A stretch of 64,000 nt of DNA from Heptranchias perlo (GCF_035084215.1 NC_090352.1:24428001-24492000), one strand, 5' to 3'. Shown: positions 1 through 13,240, counted from the first letter of the stretch. Made by a program: numbers and translations. The notes: generated from the sequence alone by a model not told the origin.

Positions 1-849
1 TTCAGGAATTAAATATTAAATTAAAGAAATAGTTAGCTGCAGCTCAGTAAAACAAATGCAAAGTCAACAAATGTTTCTGTAGTATATGTAAATATCAATT
101 TTAGTCAATAGAGCTAAACTCCAAACTAATTATTGTAAAATAAATATCTTACCATTAAGTCTATTGAGGGAAGATGCAGACACTGAAAAACACCAGCAGG
201 CACTAATAGGGTAAAAACAGTTGGAGAAAATGGGTAGAAATCCTAGTATTTTAACAGTTCTCATTGAGGGAAAAAAAACCCCACATAATATATGATCTTT
301 AAAATTGTGCTATCAGCTATAATTCATAAATGGTACCTTTTATATTGCTGATTATAATTTCTTTCATTGTACCATTTATACACATTTGTTTCAATGTATC
401 ATATATATCCACATTTAACAATTTTAATTATTTATTTATTCACGTCTCTATCTATTAAAAAGCAAATTGTAAGGGATACTCAAAACCATAATTCATAAAT
501 TGCTTTCAGGTACAAAAAGGGCTATTTTGTTGCTAATCTGTGCTTGCTAGAGTGGCCTAAATATGTTCAGTGCTGATTTTTCTTAAAAAAGGATTTCTAT
601 ATATTTAGTTTGACCAGCAGCAATAAGTGCTGAGCTGCGTACTTGGGGGTGCGAGAAGGAAATAGGACAATTTTAATATTAAAGGCAGTCAATCCCATTC
701 CAAGAGCCAACATTTTATTTGTGGTTGCTGTAAGGTTAGTTTTGCTAAACATACGATCCATGGTTTTGTTGCTGCAGCTGTACTGGTCCAATTATTATTA
801 ATTCTGATTCAAAAAGGAGTCGTTAAACAAAAAGTAAGAGACACAAATC

Positions 850-1508
850 CTCAATTTTAACTCATAGTGAGCAGCGTGCGTGGGGCAGGTGGGGTCCGCG
901 CCAAGCTCGTCCTGGCTCGCTGACGTGAGGCCCGGCCATTTTAACTCCTGTGCCTCATGTACATATACCAGGCCCGACTGTCGCCTGAACCCGGCGTCAA
1001 TGACATGAGGCTGGCGAGTGGGAGTTGGCCGAACGTGGCAGAAGGCTAAGGCCGGCGACCCACAGGAATGGTCCCCAGCAGTCAGGTAAGTGGTGGGTGG
1101 GAGGGAAGCCCAAGGCCATAGGTTTCCTTGTGGGGCCCCACAGCAGCACAACTGCTTCTCCTGGCCTAAGAGGAAACCTTTCACAACTAAAAGGAAATGA
1201 CCTTTTCGGCCCTTTTCTGGGCCTGCAGCTCTTTCGCGCCCAGTGCTTCTGTCGAGGCCGACACTGGGCGGCGAACACGGTTGCTAACTGTTAAAATGTC
1301 GTCGGGGTCTGAATTACATCATCAGACCCTTGACTTCTGAAAGAGTCCCTCCACTGCCTGGGCCTAGGGCCTCGCTGGCTGCCCAAACCCCGCCTGTTAA
1401 AATGGTGCGAAGACAACGTGAATGAGGTGCGTAGCTCGCTGCTAGGATTTTAACCTCACGGTCGCCTGTTGTCGTGAGGGAGTGCGGGGAGGGGGTTTAA
1501 AATTGTGC
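850..1508. mobile_element. Non-autonomous DNA transposon (MITE), probably PIF/Harbinger-related
   Basis: GC/CpG-rich island in AT-rich flanks. It is bounded by imperfect inverted ends (caattttaac ~852; gtttaaaattg ~1496-1506), with internal attttaac/gttaaaat motifs at ~938, 1290, 1396 and 1447. No coding motifs. Confidence 0.55.
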
Positions 1509-2859
1509 CAAATGTTTTTTTTCTCTGATCTTTTTTCCCCATGTATCTCCTTGCTCTGTTTTGATCATACCGCACTACTGAAAGGAGAAGCTGATAACTG
1601 CTGAGCTGGCAGGTGTTCAGTTGTTCCTGGGATGACTCGCAGATGATTTTTATGTTTTCCCTGTGCTCCCTCTGTGTGAAGCAGTGGATGGTCTGTGCCC
1701 AGTGCGTTCGTCCCGTTGGCGTAGCTGGAAACTCACTGCCAATCTCCCCTCAATTGCTGTCTTCCCCGATGCCACTGGGGAGGGTGGAGACTCACCACAT
1801 GGACAGTCACTGTGCAAACTTCCACCTGCCACTCTTGGCACAATAATTAAATGTTAATGCAAACAACCAGATATGGCATTAATAATCATTTGCCTAACTT
1901 TGCTCTGTAATATTAACTGACAAATATAACTTCAGGTAGGAATTTAACTTTGATAGGCTCCTCACTCTGATGTAAGTACACGCGCTCACACAAATATCCA
2001 TCCAGAGAAGGCGCTGTAGCTGCCTCTCCCTTTCCCTTCGAGCTTTTAATAGATCACCATCTTTCAGATATAAATCTCTTCCTACGCTTGAAAAATTGGT
2101 ATGTATTGTACAAAAGGAAGTGAGACACAAGCTGCTTCTTGCGGTTACTCAGCAAGGAAATGAAATTTGCTTTTGGAAGCCTGAACTTTTCAATTTGGAA
2201 GAAAAAAGTCATCTTTTACCAGAGTTATCTGCAACTCACGACGGCTGAATGGGAGTGAAGGAGGACACGTGTAACAGTAGATAAGCAGTGATCTGCACCA
2301 TCAGATTTGTAGCATTTCACTCAACTGTGCACGTTTGGTGGCTTTTGATAGGTTATTGATCAACTTATCCATAGGATCACAACACTACGTAGGGATACTG
2401 GGAGTTCAAGGTTGAAATATTCTATTAAAAGAAAAAGTAATTCCCTGCTACTTCCAAGCCCATAGGTGATTCAATTTCATCCTGGCAGTGAATTACTGAT
2501 TCTTACACATATTTCATCCTTGAACTTTAGCCTGGCCTCTGTATTATCCTAAAGCCCATGAACGAGCTAATTGCAAACATACTACAGTTTAAATGCCTCA
2601 ATAGGTTGCCATTTTATATAATGTGACAATAAACTGTTGGAATATATTTAATGTGGTCTTGTAATTCTCGATTGAATATATTAATGTGCTAGCTATATTA
2701 ATAAAGCAATTAGACATAAAGGTAGTTAGTGAAGGATGCTCAGGCATATGCTAAAACAGAAGTACAAACCAATTAAAGCTGGTAATTAAATATTTATGCT
2801 GTTTTAAAACAAAATTAGCAAGACTTTACATGCAAAATGAAGTTACTGTAAAAGGGATT

Positions 2860-3170
2860 TTAAATTTTTTAAATTCATCCTTGGGATGTCGGTGTCGCTG
2901 GCAAGGCTGGTATTTGTTGCTCATCCCTAGTTAAGAGTCAACCATGTTGCTGTGGGATTGGAGTCACATATAGGACAGACCGGGTAAGGATGGCAGGTTT
3001 CCGTGCCTAAAGAACAGCAGTGCACCAGTTGGGCTTTTACGACAGTCCGACAGCTTCACAGTCACTTTTACTGATTCCAGCTATTTATTTCCAGATTTAA
3101 AAAAATGAATTCAAATTCTTAAACTGCCATGGTGAGATTTGGACTCATGTTCTCTGGATTATTAGCGCAA
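2860..3170 (-). mobile_element. tRNA-headed SINE made of the 5' head and 3' tail of the LINE at 36918-40233
   Basis: The reverse complement aligns by eye to ~36950-37224 (B-box-like gagtccaaatc; cttacccggtctg...cccacagcaa...gactcttaa). It then jumps to the LINE tail 40168-40230 (tagggatg...ccttgccagcgac...catccc) and ends in an A-rich tail. Confidence 0.8.
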
Positions 3171-3494
3171 TTTTGAAAGAAAACTAGTGCAGAAAAATGT
3201 GCATTGAGTCTTGATTTCGACAAGATGAGGATGTAGTGAGGAGGAAGAGCGTGTAACTTTTAGATGCATTATATGATTGGATCAGTGATTAGACTCTTAG
3301 CAATTGGAATGAACTTTCAGCGGAATTTAAATTGTAGAAAACACTTTGTATTGCTAGAGAAATGAATACTAATAACTAACTTTATATAAATATAATAAAG
3401 ATGGGTAAAGCTTCAGAAGCTGAGCATTTTTTTAAAAACTTGCTCTCTCAATAAATGCTCCATTTGTTAACCTTGTCCAAATCTAATCATATTC

Positions 3495-4093
3495 TGCTGC
3501 CCCGCCTCAGCTACTGAAATCTTCATCTATGCTTTTGTTACCTCCAAACTCAACTATTCCAATGCTTTCCTAGCCTGCCTCCCATCTTCCACACTCCATA
3601 AATTTGAGCTCATCAAAAACTTTGCTGTCCGTATTCTAACCCGCACCAAGTCCCGCTCACTCATCACCCCCATGCTCACTGACCTACATTTGCTCCTGGT
3701 CCATCAGTGCCTCAAATTTAAAATTCTCCATCCGTGGCCCCCCCACCTCCTCCCTATCTCTGTAACCTCCTCCAGCCCTACAACGCTCTGAGAAATCTGC
3801 GTTCCTTCAACTCCGAACTCATGTGCATCTCCCACTCCCTTTGCCAATGACGGCCGTGCCTTCAGCCGTCTAGGCCCTAAGCTCTGGAATTCCCTCAATA
3901 AATCCCTCCATCTCCCCACCTCCCTCTCTTCCTTTAAGGCCCTCCTTAAAACTTACCTATTTGACCAAATGTTTAGTCACCTGACCTATTATCTTCTTCG
4001 TTAGCTCAGTGTCAATTTTTGTCTTATTATGCTCCTGTGAAGCACCTTGGGATGTTTTCCAAAGCACCATATAAATGCAAGTTATTGTTGTTG
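3495..4093 (+). mobile_element. L2-type LINE 3' fragment (degenerate)
   Basis: Similar to 48850-49583, encoding decayed RT C-terminal motifs (LHWL.V..RxxFK, GRAFS..GP..WNSLP). Ends in tataaatgcaagt-(tgt)n. Confidence 0.75.
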
Positions 4094-4154
4094 AAAGAGA
4101 TACCACTTGTTATGCATTGCTCATTTTCCTGACAACCTAGAGATCTAGGTAAAT

Positions 4155-6467
4155 TCAGGGAATGAACAGAGAACCCTCTTTGGTTTATTTGAGCAATTAT
4201 TTTACCATTTGATCCCACATGATCCTCCTTATCTTTGGAAGGCCGCAGAGTAACACTACACCTTTGGCCTTATCAGGCTTTGCTCAACTAGGTTAGTATG
4301 TCAGTGACAACTACTCTCAGAGAAAAAGGACTATAATCTCACCTTCCCCGCCCTCCTACAGGGCCACTTCCTTGTGGGTGAGGTAATGTTTTAACACATG
4401 GTAGACTTGGTGCTAAATGACAAAATGTGTGTCTCAACTACATAAACTATCTCGATCCACTTTTCTATTATTGTGTATGGACCTGCCAAGTGGGCCTGCA
4501 ATGCCTCATTGGCAGCAGAATTAAAATGCTTTGGCCCACCTAGTACTCCTGATGTCTGGCACTGTAATTGTATTAGCTTTTCTGGTGAGCGTCATTTGTT
4601 CTAGATTCTGCTGTGCATGCTCAACCAACCTCAATTTCAGCACATACTTTACTACATTTCTGTCTTACCTGACCATGCCTCTGATTACTGTTAATGGACC
4701 ATACACTTGATGTCCATATAGCAATTCAGACGGGGAGAACCCTGCAGATGTTTGAGCCATATCTCTGTAAGACAGAAATACATTAGGCAAAGATTTATCC
4801 CAGGCCTTGGGAGTTCTGCTCACTGTATGCATCCAGTATATGAGGCAGTGCGCCATTAAACCTCTCTACCAGCTCATTTGTCGAGGATAATCAATATCTT
4901 CAATATTAAATCAATATTGTTTTACTTGGTACAGTTGCATGACTAGTAAGATATAAAACCAGCCCCATACCCTCTAGGTACTGGTTGTTCTGCACCAGGT
5001 GTGGCCGTACCAGTATACCCAGTATCATATAATCCCTTGGTAAGCTGCCCATTCAGTAAGATCAGATATAGAAATGCCATCATATGCCTTGCATCAGGAT
5101 GTCATTGTACACTCTGCGGTCTCAAGCCTCATGACCAAGATCGGTCTTCCTGATTGGAATCTGGACCCTTGCCTGGACCAGCAATTGCCTGCACTTTGGC
5201 CCACTTTGTTACAGTTGGACATCTCCGGTGTTGCCCTATGGGGGCCCATTCTTCAGTGCACCCTCTGGCTCTCAGGCTGCGACTACACACCCAGCAAGGG
5301 GTACGGGGGAGGGGAGGGTTCTCTCCTTGGCTGACCAGTGGGAAGAATATGACTATTCATTGCTTTGCCAGGTCCTTGACACTCATGCTGACTAAATGAT
5401 CAGTGCGTTTGCCTAACTACCTCAGGTATATTACACTTCTGGTCAAGTAACCATGTCCTTAAATTATCTCTTACCATTAGTTAACACAATCAATTATATT
5501 CTCCCTTTCTAGCTACAATTTCCGAATATCCTTTAGTTCCACGATTAGTTCTCTGAAAGTATAGTACAGAACTTTCCGCAACTTCTGAAAATTTTGCCTG
5601 TATGCTTCAGGTGTTAAGTCATAAACAGCTAGAATAGCAAGTTTTGCAGTTTCATGGTCCGTACTGTCCATCAGATTACGTAGAATTACATGGAATTTAC
5701 AGTACAGAAACAGGCCATTCGGCCCAACTGGCCCATGCCGGTGTTTATGCTCCAATTGATTGGTACAAGAAAATCGCTTTACCGCTAAAGGCTGTTCTCA
5801 GTCTTTCTGCCCAAACTTCTTTGTTTTACTTGTGGTGGTTTGCTAATAATTCAAAAAGTTATGATGAAACTTATCTGGCAGCCCATGATTTCCTGTCAAG
5901 AAATAGAAAATTTACCCTTTGGTATCAAATTGAAATTATTCCCCAAAGACTTATATGCTAAATGCACTGTACCCTTACCTACTGGACCTGCTGTCGATAT
6001 GCCCTCTTCACCAGTCCCAGAGCGTGTCAGGGCTGTCTCTCTGTTTCTTGTTGTCATTGTTTCTCCCGTTCCTCCACCTTAAATCTGTGGTGTTCCTTCT
6101 CAGCACCTGTCACTGGAATGTACAATCCTTTGCTTTTTCCTCAACAGTTAAATGAGCTAGTTCCAACTCTCTATGCAGATCTTTCTGAGCCCTCCCGGAC
6201 ATTTTAATTACTGTTGTCTGCCTCTACTCTGCTTACTTCTGTCTCATCTCCGCTGCAACCATTGTTGCATTTTTGGGCTTCTTTACTCTTTTTTTTTAAC
6301 TCAAAATATTTTTGGCTTCCATGTTTCAGATTATTTTGTAGATGAGGGCAGCTCCCAATATTTTTAGTTAAAATTGTAGCGTGCCCAGGGAATTGACAGA
6401 GAACCTCATCAGTTTACTTTAGCAGTTTTATCACAATATCTTGCATGATCCTCCTTACCTTTGAAAG
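4155..6467 (-). mobile_element. Degenerate Gypsy/Ty3 LTR retrotransposon (gag and integrase remnants, residual terminal repeats)
   Basis: ORF 4665-4856 reads WDKSLPNVFLSYRDMAQTSAGFSPSELLYGHQVYGPL, typical of a Gypsy integrase C-terminal part. ORF 5513-5755 reads LAILAVYDLTPEAYRQNF, a vertebrate Gypsy gag/SCAN-like segment. A diverged direct repeat lies at 4155-4241 and 6386-6467. Confidence 0.7.
5676..5755 (-). mobile_element. CR1 3' tail fragment nested in the Gypsy relic
   Basis: acagaaacaggccattcggcccaactgg...tttatgctcca matches the CR1 tails at 43620-43850, 34405-34610 and 56060-56600. Confidence 0.7.
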
Positions 6468-7589
6468 ATTTTAACTGTCAGACAAATTTATTAAACATTA
6501 ATAAAACAAGTAAATAATAGCAGTAACACAACATATATTTTGACAGTAATTGTTAAGCTTAGCTAGTTCCTCGAGTGGTAGAAAATAATAAGTAGTTTGC
6601 AGTTGCTGTGTTAAACGATGATATGTGTACTTTTCTTTTATAGTAGTTCTGTTTCTTTTCTCATCATTGATGGAAGCTGCCTGGCCTCACCATCATTCTT
6701 CAAAGGTTACAGACAGAATGGGATACATTTTGACTTTGTGCTATAGTATAAAATGGGTGATAGTGAATCGGCAGCCCCTTTTACATCTCCTTATATACCT
6801 CGGCAGAATTAAAGGAGCCACTACCATGCTTAATCGGGGACTAAAATACTTCATGGTTGAATAGCTACTAACAACTCGTTATCTAGCCTTGTGTATGGAG
6901 AGTACCACTTAGATGAGGTACCAGAGAGCTGCTGGAGTCATAGAACTGTGCCCTGGCCAGGAGTCAAAGCTTCAGGAAAGGAAGGAAGATTGCGGGGAAC
7001 ATGGGGAGGGGAGTATAATAATGTAGCCCATTTTGTTTGTGAGGCTGGCTGTATCCTACTTGTGACTTTATCACTTCTGAGTTATCCGGTCAGCCTCATT
7101 TGTCGAGATAATGACCATATCTTACTATTGGCCATGACATATCATCTGGCAAGAGATTTATGATGTATAATTTGCACAGATGCCACATGCAGGTTTTACA
7201 CATTGTACAGCAAATTCAATGCTTTCTAGGCCAAAGATTCCCATAAAAAGGGAATTGTGTTTCCATTCAGTAACATATCAGCTTTTGAAAGCACTTTACT
7301 CTGCACAGTCAGACCTGGTTAACCTATCTCTAGTGGGGATAACCTGAATTTGTTATGTTTTAAAAATCAGCAGACAATTGAGACATCAATACATTGTATT
7401 ATTGAAATCAACTGGTATGTCACATTATTGCATAAAAATATTACCGAAAATATTGATGAAAACTTGATATATGTTGCTCATTTGTTGTAGTGTCCGTTTG
7501 TGATAAACAATTGAAAATCTTGTTTTGATGTCATTGTGGAACATCATTAACTATCCCTTTAAATCTAGGCTCAAAACTCAGAGATTTTT

Positions 7590-8099
7590 TGATGCAAAAG
7601 TGATGTCGCTCTTGTCGAAACGGACTAATCTGTGGGGTGTATGTTAGATACACCAGAGTTACACCCATTCGAAAATACACCTTAAATTCCGGCAGAAGTG
7701 ACCGCTGGCAGAAGGTGTGTAACTGGGGTTGCTGGTTAGACGTGTTCCTGGCGGTTTCATCACATGACCTCCCGTCTCCCAATGATCTGCCCCTGCTTCC
7801 GCCATTGGTCGTCCGACACGTCTGTCCTCATTCTCTGCACCGCCTTCCCACACCAATTGGAAAACAAAGACTATTCGTTCTCCAATTAGATAATTCTTGA
7901 CTGTCAGTCAAACAGACTTTATCCCCATCTCCAATATTTTTATAACTAATAAACAAAAGCGTTCAAAGAAAATTTAAAAAAACACAATTTTTTTTAATGC
8001 CCCTATGATTTTTCTCCTGAGTTGTTTGCAGCAGAGTCCTGGAAATTAGCCTTTAATTCCTGGAGACTCCAGGACAATCCAGGAGGATTGGCAACCCTA
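7590..8099. mobile_element. Non-autonomous DNA transposon fragment with a TAGGGTTGCCA-type (hAT-like) terminus
   Basis: Ends in ...ccaggaggattggcaacccta (reverse complement TAGGGTTGCCAA), preceded by cctggag/ctccagg subterminal repeats. The other end is not evident. Confidence 0.45.
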
Positions 8100-8249
8100 C
8101 CGCCAACCCTCAAAGTGTTGCATGTTTGCAAATGACAAGATAAGGAGGGAAAAAAGCTGCTGTGCCAGAAATTGCCCCATTTACATCAGAATCGCACCTG
8201 ACCGAAGTTAAGGTTGTAGAAAAGGGAGGTAAGTTGCTGGCTTGGCTTG

Positions 8250-9510
8250 TCAAAACAGGAAGTGATTGAGTCCACAGACTTTGTCCAGACTTTATCGGAA
8301 ACATCCGCTTTGACTGAAGCAGTTAGAAAAATCTCTTCTCAGCTGAAAGGATTCTGCCTTTCAGCAGCTTCAGTCAGGGAAATCTTTTGCTTCCCACCCT
8401 TCTGTCATGGAGCCCTTGCCAAGGGATTCACTATGGGCACTCCCATATGTGCCCTTATGATGGAGACAGAAGAAAGCATAGGGAGAAGAGGAAATGTGAG
8501 AGGCACACAGGATAAGGCTACACCAAAGGAGAAGATGACCAACTAGGTGGTACCCTTCCATCAGAGTCTGCAGACCACGCCACTCCCTCGACGATATGTC
8601 GGAAGAAGTCTGCTTGAGGAGGCAATGGTTCAGCAAGCAAACATAGAAGGAACTCCATCTTTCATTGCAAACTGACCTCCAAACATCCTCTCAAATACTA
8701 AAAGCAGACTAACTTCAGAACTTTGGACTTTATATCACAGTGTGATTTAACTGCACACATATACATTCACAGTAAGTGCTTCTTATTACCACAGTGCCTA
8801 TCCCTGTTGCTTCTCTGTGCTGTTCTTAGACCAATCCTGGTGCTGTGCCGAGTTGATATCTGAGGGCCAGTGGTGCTTGGCCTCTTGCGACTGTGGTTGC
8901 CTTTATCTCAGGGCTTCCGAGTCCCATGAGGACTCTTTAGCGGTCTACGTCTCTATTGCAGGTGTGTGGTCAGCCTGCTCCTCTATCATGACACCTACAT
9001 GAGCAGCCATCCGAGCGGGTTGGCTAGGAAAGTCACAGGAGCTTTCATTAGGACAGAGGATGGCATCGTGAAGGTGGATGTTAGCCATGCTACTTGTGCT
9101 GGATTCTGGATCTGAATGCCCACTGATCAGCAGGATGTATTAGTTGGACCCAGTGAGATGTTGTCCAAGAGCCCTCACCTTTGTTCTCTCCAAAAGTATT
9201 CCCCAAAGCCTGAAGGCCAAAGGTCACAGCATCCACTTCAGATGCAATGACTGGTCTGGAGGCCTATCTGTCAGGGGGTGGGGTGGGGGGGGTGGTGGTG
9301 GATGCTACCACCCATTTCAGGTATTCCTGGATTGTGTCAAATCCTTCTTGGGTATTTGCATTGAGGATGGCATTACATCTTGACGTGATACATGCCTCAC
9401 CCACCTGCAGAATGCCGCAGGTTAAAATGGAACAAAAGGGTGAGTCTCGAGCGAGTAAATAACCTGTTTTTAATTGCCGGTTTCCACTGGGTAGGGTTAA
9501 AATCAACCCG
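8250..9510 (+). mobile_element. PIF/Harbinger relic with a transposase N-terminal remnant
   Basis: 8545-8643 (+) translates RWYPSIRVCRPRHSLDDMSEEVCLRRQWFSKQT, matching the HARBI1-like N-terminal pattern (YP..RVYR.R.S..D.SEE.CLRRLRF.K). The right end carries gttaaaat motifs and ends ggttaaaatcaaccc. Confidence 0.55.
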
Positions 9511-9514
9511 AGTG

Positions 9515-9770
9515 AGTCATGGGGCTATGCAACCGAGGAAGGCATCACAGCCCTGTCCTCATCAGATGTACAAATGAACACTTTCCAGCAGAGGTCACCG
9601 GATAGCGATTAGAAACGGGAACTGTGGACCCCCCCCGCAATTTCCCACCCCCCCCCCACCAAGATGAAAAGCGTTGATGCCAATTGCAGCACCCAGCCAT
9701 TTCCCAGCTAAGATTGGTTAACTTGACACAGACCGGGGACTGAAACTGGAATCTTTATGCATCAATACCA
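9515..9770 (-). mobile_element. tRNA-derived SINE (second family)
   Basis: Shares a ccagRtt...ccccggtctgtgt.gagttagctgatctcagc-like core with 14830-15130, 46275-46490 and 56670-57030. Confidence 0.5.
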
Positions 9771-9840
9771 CTATGTATTCTTTGGGGGAGGAAAAGAAAT
9801 TCTTGCTATAGTTTTAACTTTAGTTGAAATTTTACAGCAT

Positions 9841-10632
9841 TTTTTAAAAATTTGTTCTTGGGATGTGAGTGACACTGACAAGGCAGTATTTATTTCCCAT
9901 CTCTAATTCCCCTTAAGCCATTAAGAGTCAACATAGAAGGAGAAGATTTTAACTCTCTCCACCATGCGGAACACGAGTTAAAATCCATACGGTGGACTGG
10001 CCCGGCGGCCATTTTAACACCGCTGTTTCCTTGGGTGATCAAGGCACGCATGGGTCAGGTGGGAGCCTCATGAATAAATGTAAATCGGGGTTCGATGATG
10101 TCAATAGGACCCTGATGCAATTTTAACTGTCAACTGAGCAGAGCATCCACATTCAGTAAAACCTGGCCAATACCCAGTGGAGGACCTGTTAGTTTAAAAC
10201 TTATCTTTGTGGGGTCAGGAGGTTGTCAGAGTGCCGGCCTGGCAGTCTCCAGGCCGCCCGATCTTCGCAGGCCCAAAGCTGGCGAGCTCCCTCTGGACAC
10301 CCATTTCTGGAGAGCAGCTAGGTCATTAAAATGGACTAGGCCTCACACTGCAATATCCAGTTGTGCGGCCTGTGTGTCCTACAAATTCCCCCTATAATGT
10401 GGGACAGAAGTCACGTATCGGTCAGACTGGTTAGGGGTGGCAGGTCCCTTTCCTGAAGGATATGAGGGAATCAGTTGGGTTTTTACAATGAAACAGCAGC
10501 TTTCATGGTCATTTTATTTGGTGCCAGCCCACAAATTGACAAATTTATCAAATTCAATTTTATGCGGTGGGATTTGAACTCATGAATTCTAGGTTGCTCG
10601 TCTAGTACAATAACCACTAGGCTACCATACCC
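9841..10632 (-). mobile_element. tRNA-headed head+tail SINE (LINE 36918 family) split by a MITE insertion
   Basis: Tail at 9841-9935 and head at 10393-10632, with A-box TAGCCTAGTGG and B-box GAGTTCAAATCC on the minus strand. Confidence 0.75.
9936..10392. mobile_element. Harbinger-like MITE nested in the SINE
   Basis: GC-rich insert with the same attttaac/gttaaaat motifs as 850-1508. It interrupts otherwise collinear SINE sequence. Confidence 0.55.
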
Positions 10633-10844
10633 TTCTAGTTGTGGGCAGCCTCATGGTGAAGGTAATAGATTGAAGACTAAAGTGTGCCAGCACCTAATGG
10701 GGACAGTAACGAGCCGTCTGCTATTTTACATTTTTTTTAACCTAAATACTATCTTGTTTTAGAATTCTAAAAATACTGCACATGCAGAGTTAATAACACG
10801 AAGCCTAAAATTCTATGGGGCCAACTCCACTTTAAAACAATAAT

Positions 10845-10937
10845 TGGTAGAAGGATTAGAGGGGAGTTGAGGAGAAATGTTTTCACCCAGAGGGTGGTGG
10901 GAGCCTCGAACTCACTGCCTGAAAGGCTGGTAGAGCA
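10845..10937 (+). mobile_element. CR1 ORF2 3' fragment
   Basis: ggaggattagaggggagttgaggagaaatgttttcacccagagggtggtg-like sequence encoding RRNxFTQRVV..NSLP. Confidence 0.6.
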
Positions 10938-12639
10938 TTAAAATTAATTTGTATGTTTAATATTTTGATAAAGCTATAATTTTCAGCTTTGTGCTTTTCA
11001 GATTCAAAAGTGTGCCCTTGAACTTTATCTTGTATCCAAGTAGCTGCAAACAAACAAATCCATGGAGCAGTTTGAACTTTTATAACTCTTGGTCATTAAA
11101 AGGGATTTTTTTCCCCCCTTTGTCATTGTTATCGATAGTAATAACAAAAAAAATATAAAATTTTCAACATTACAGAGGGTAAAAATAACAAGTCTTTTTT
11201 TTTTTACCTTCACCTACACCGAACTAAATTTTCACTTGGCTGCTCCTAGCTCCTCCAGCATGCTGGGACCTGTCACCATTCCGGCTCTGTCATTGAATGG
11301 TGCGAGTTTGATTTTTACTTTGACTGCTGGGCAATCGTTTTCACCAGATGGAGCAGATCAGAAGGTGGAAATTAAATGTCCACGCATTTTTCCAACCCTG
11401 GCTCACATGAAGATTTTGCACTGAATATGGGCACTTATTTCCTGAGGACACCACTGCAACAGCATTCGATAGCAATTATTCCTGATATATTAAAAACACA
11501 ATGGACCTTACAGGTTTATTAAGCAGAAATGCCTTAGCAGTAATTTAGTAATTTTAAATGTAGTCAGTGGATTGTTAGATCACGCTTGAGGATGATAATA
11601 CGTTAATATTATTTATAAGCTTCATTGATTTTTTCCTGCTTTTTTTTGGTCTCATAATGAAATAACGGCTGCCAAATTTGCCAATTTCATACAGTATTGG
11701 CTTAGAAAAATTCTGCTTCACATTACAAAGCTGCACATTCATTTTTTAAAATGACACAAACACTGAAACTAATTTTCCTGGGTTAAGTACTCGGGGTGAA
11801 GGAACTGCAGCTCCCTTTCATCCATCTGTTGTGGTATTCTTTGTGTTTAACCCGGAGCACTCTGTGATGTATGGCTGAATCACAGAAAGAGGCCGCGCTG
11901 TTTAACCCTCCCTTTGTAGACACACTTAATGAATGCCACAGAACCCCCAAACAAGTGATGATACATCAATCCTCCCAGTGTTAGCTGCTCCTATATATTT
12001 TTTTTGTTGGTGAATGCCCTTATAATCAGCACATTGTACTGCTTATTTTTTTTTCTCTGGGAGAATTTATATGGCATTTAACCCTTGCATGGAGGCATTG
12101 AAAACATACATAAAATTCTGACGTTATTTAACTGGAAACTTGTGTATCTTTGAAAACTGTAAAGGAGAGTGTTTAAGACCAGGTTCACCAGTTGTTGTGA
12201 TGACTGAGACTTTCACTGTGGCTTGTGTAATGTGTTAAAAGCTAGAGCACCAGAATGAAAAATTCCAAACACCAGCACCTGAAAAGTGCTTTATATTTCA
12301 TGGATATTCTTCAAAGTGAAGGGCAAATTGACTTAAACTGTCAAAGAGATTACTGGCAAATCTAAGCCTTCTGTAGTATTTTGCAACAAACACCAGTGGA
12401 CTGGAGAAGCCCAGTGTGACTCCCTTTGCAAATCTGGTGCGATCCATCGTTGCAGCTGGATAAAAGAAACATTCTTAATAGTGGCCCCAGAGGAGACTTT
12501 ATCGTGACACAAGTCTCTGTTTGCTTTGCACGGTTTGGAGGAAGACAGAATACGTTTTTGCATCGTTTTGGCCCACTGTGGTTTTAAAAATCACACTGCT
12601 TTGCGCACAGGCTTCTTGTGACTAAAAAAGTCTTGACAG

Positions 12640-13240
12640 GATTGGTAAAGACAAATGGCACCTGCACAGTTGAAAATTGAACCATCCTCCCGCTCATCTG
12701 CAGAGCGATTTGCTCTGAATTCATCATGCAGCAATGGCAGCGGGCTCAGCAATATCACCCCGATGAGAGATGAATCCGCTAACACCCAGCATATGTGCCA
12801 TGTAGCAGTGCTCACAAGGGTAAGCATAAATCATTATTGGCGAACATCTCAGCTTGTGAGTCAGGCTGACGGGTTATGTGGCTCAGCGCACAGCCCGGCC
12901 ATAAATCATAATTCTCTTACAATAGATCCCTCTGAACCGCCATCAGGAAAACTGTGTTGGTTTTATCGATTTCTGACACAAACTCAGCATTGCTCTGAAT
13001 CATTATGAAATGAACTGATTAGGAATTCATAGAATACTAAATAAACTTTATGAGGCCGTTGTAAGTTTGATGCATGGGGAGCAGAAAATGAAAACTAATG
13101 ATATAAAAATTACGGAGCATGCTGAGTATTATTACACTGCTATTGATTTGTTTTAACTGTACATCAAAGTAGAAGCACCGTTTATACAGCAGCTGCCAAG
13201 CCACTGCTTCATTTGGCTTTTTATGCTGGCCATAGCATTT
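12640..13240. promoter_or_regulatory. Candidate conserved enhancer (PBX-HOX/CDX and AP-1 motif cluster)
   Basis: Repeat-free stretch with two CATAAATCA sites (TGATTTATG on the minus strand) at 12825-12833 and 12900-12908. It also has TGAGTCA at 12857-12863 and further TTTAT cores. Motif evidence only. Confidence 0.3.

Noticed and set aside
798-1294. CpG-island promoter or coding ORFs
   Set aside because: The GC-rich block is bounded by inverted ends and shares motifs with another nested insert, so a MITE explains it better.
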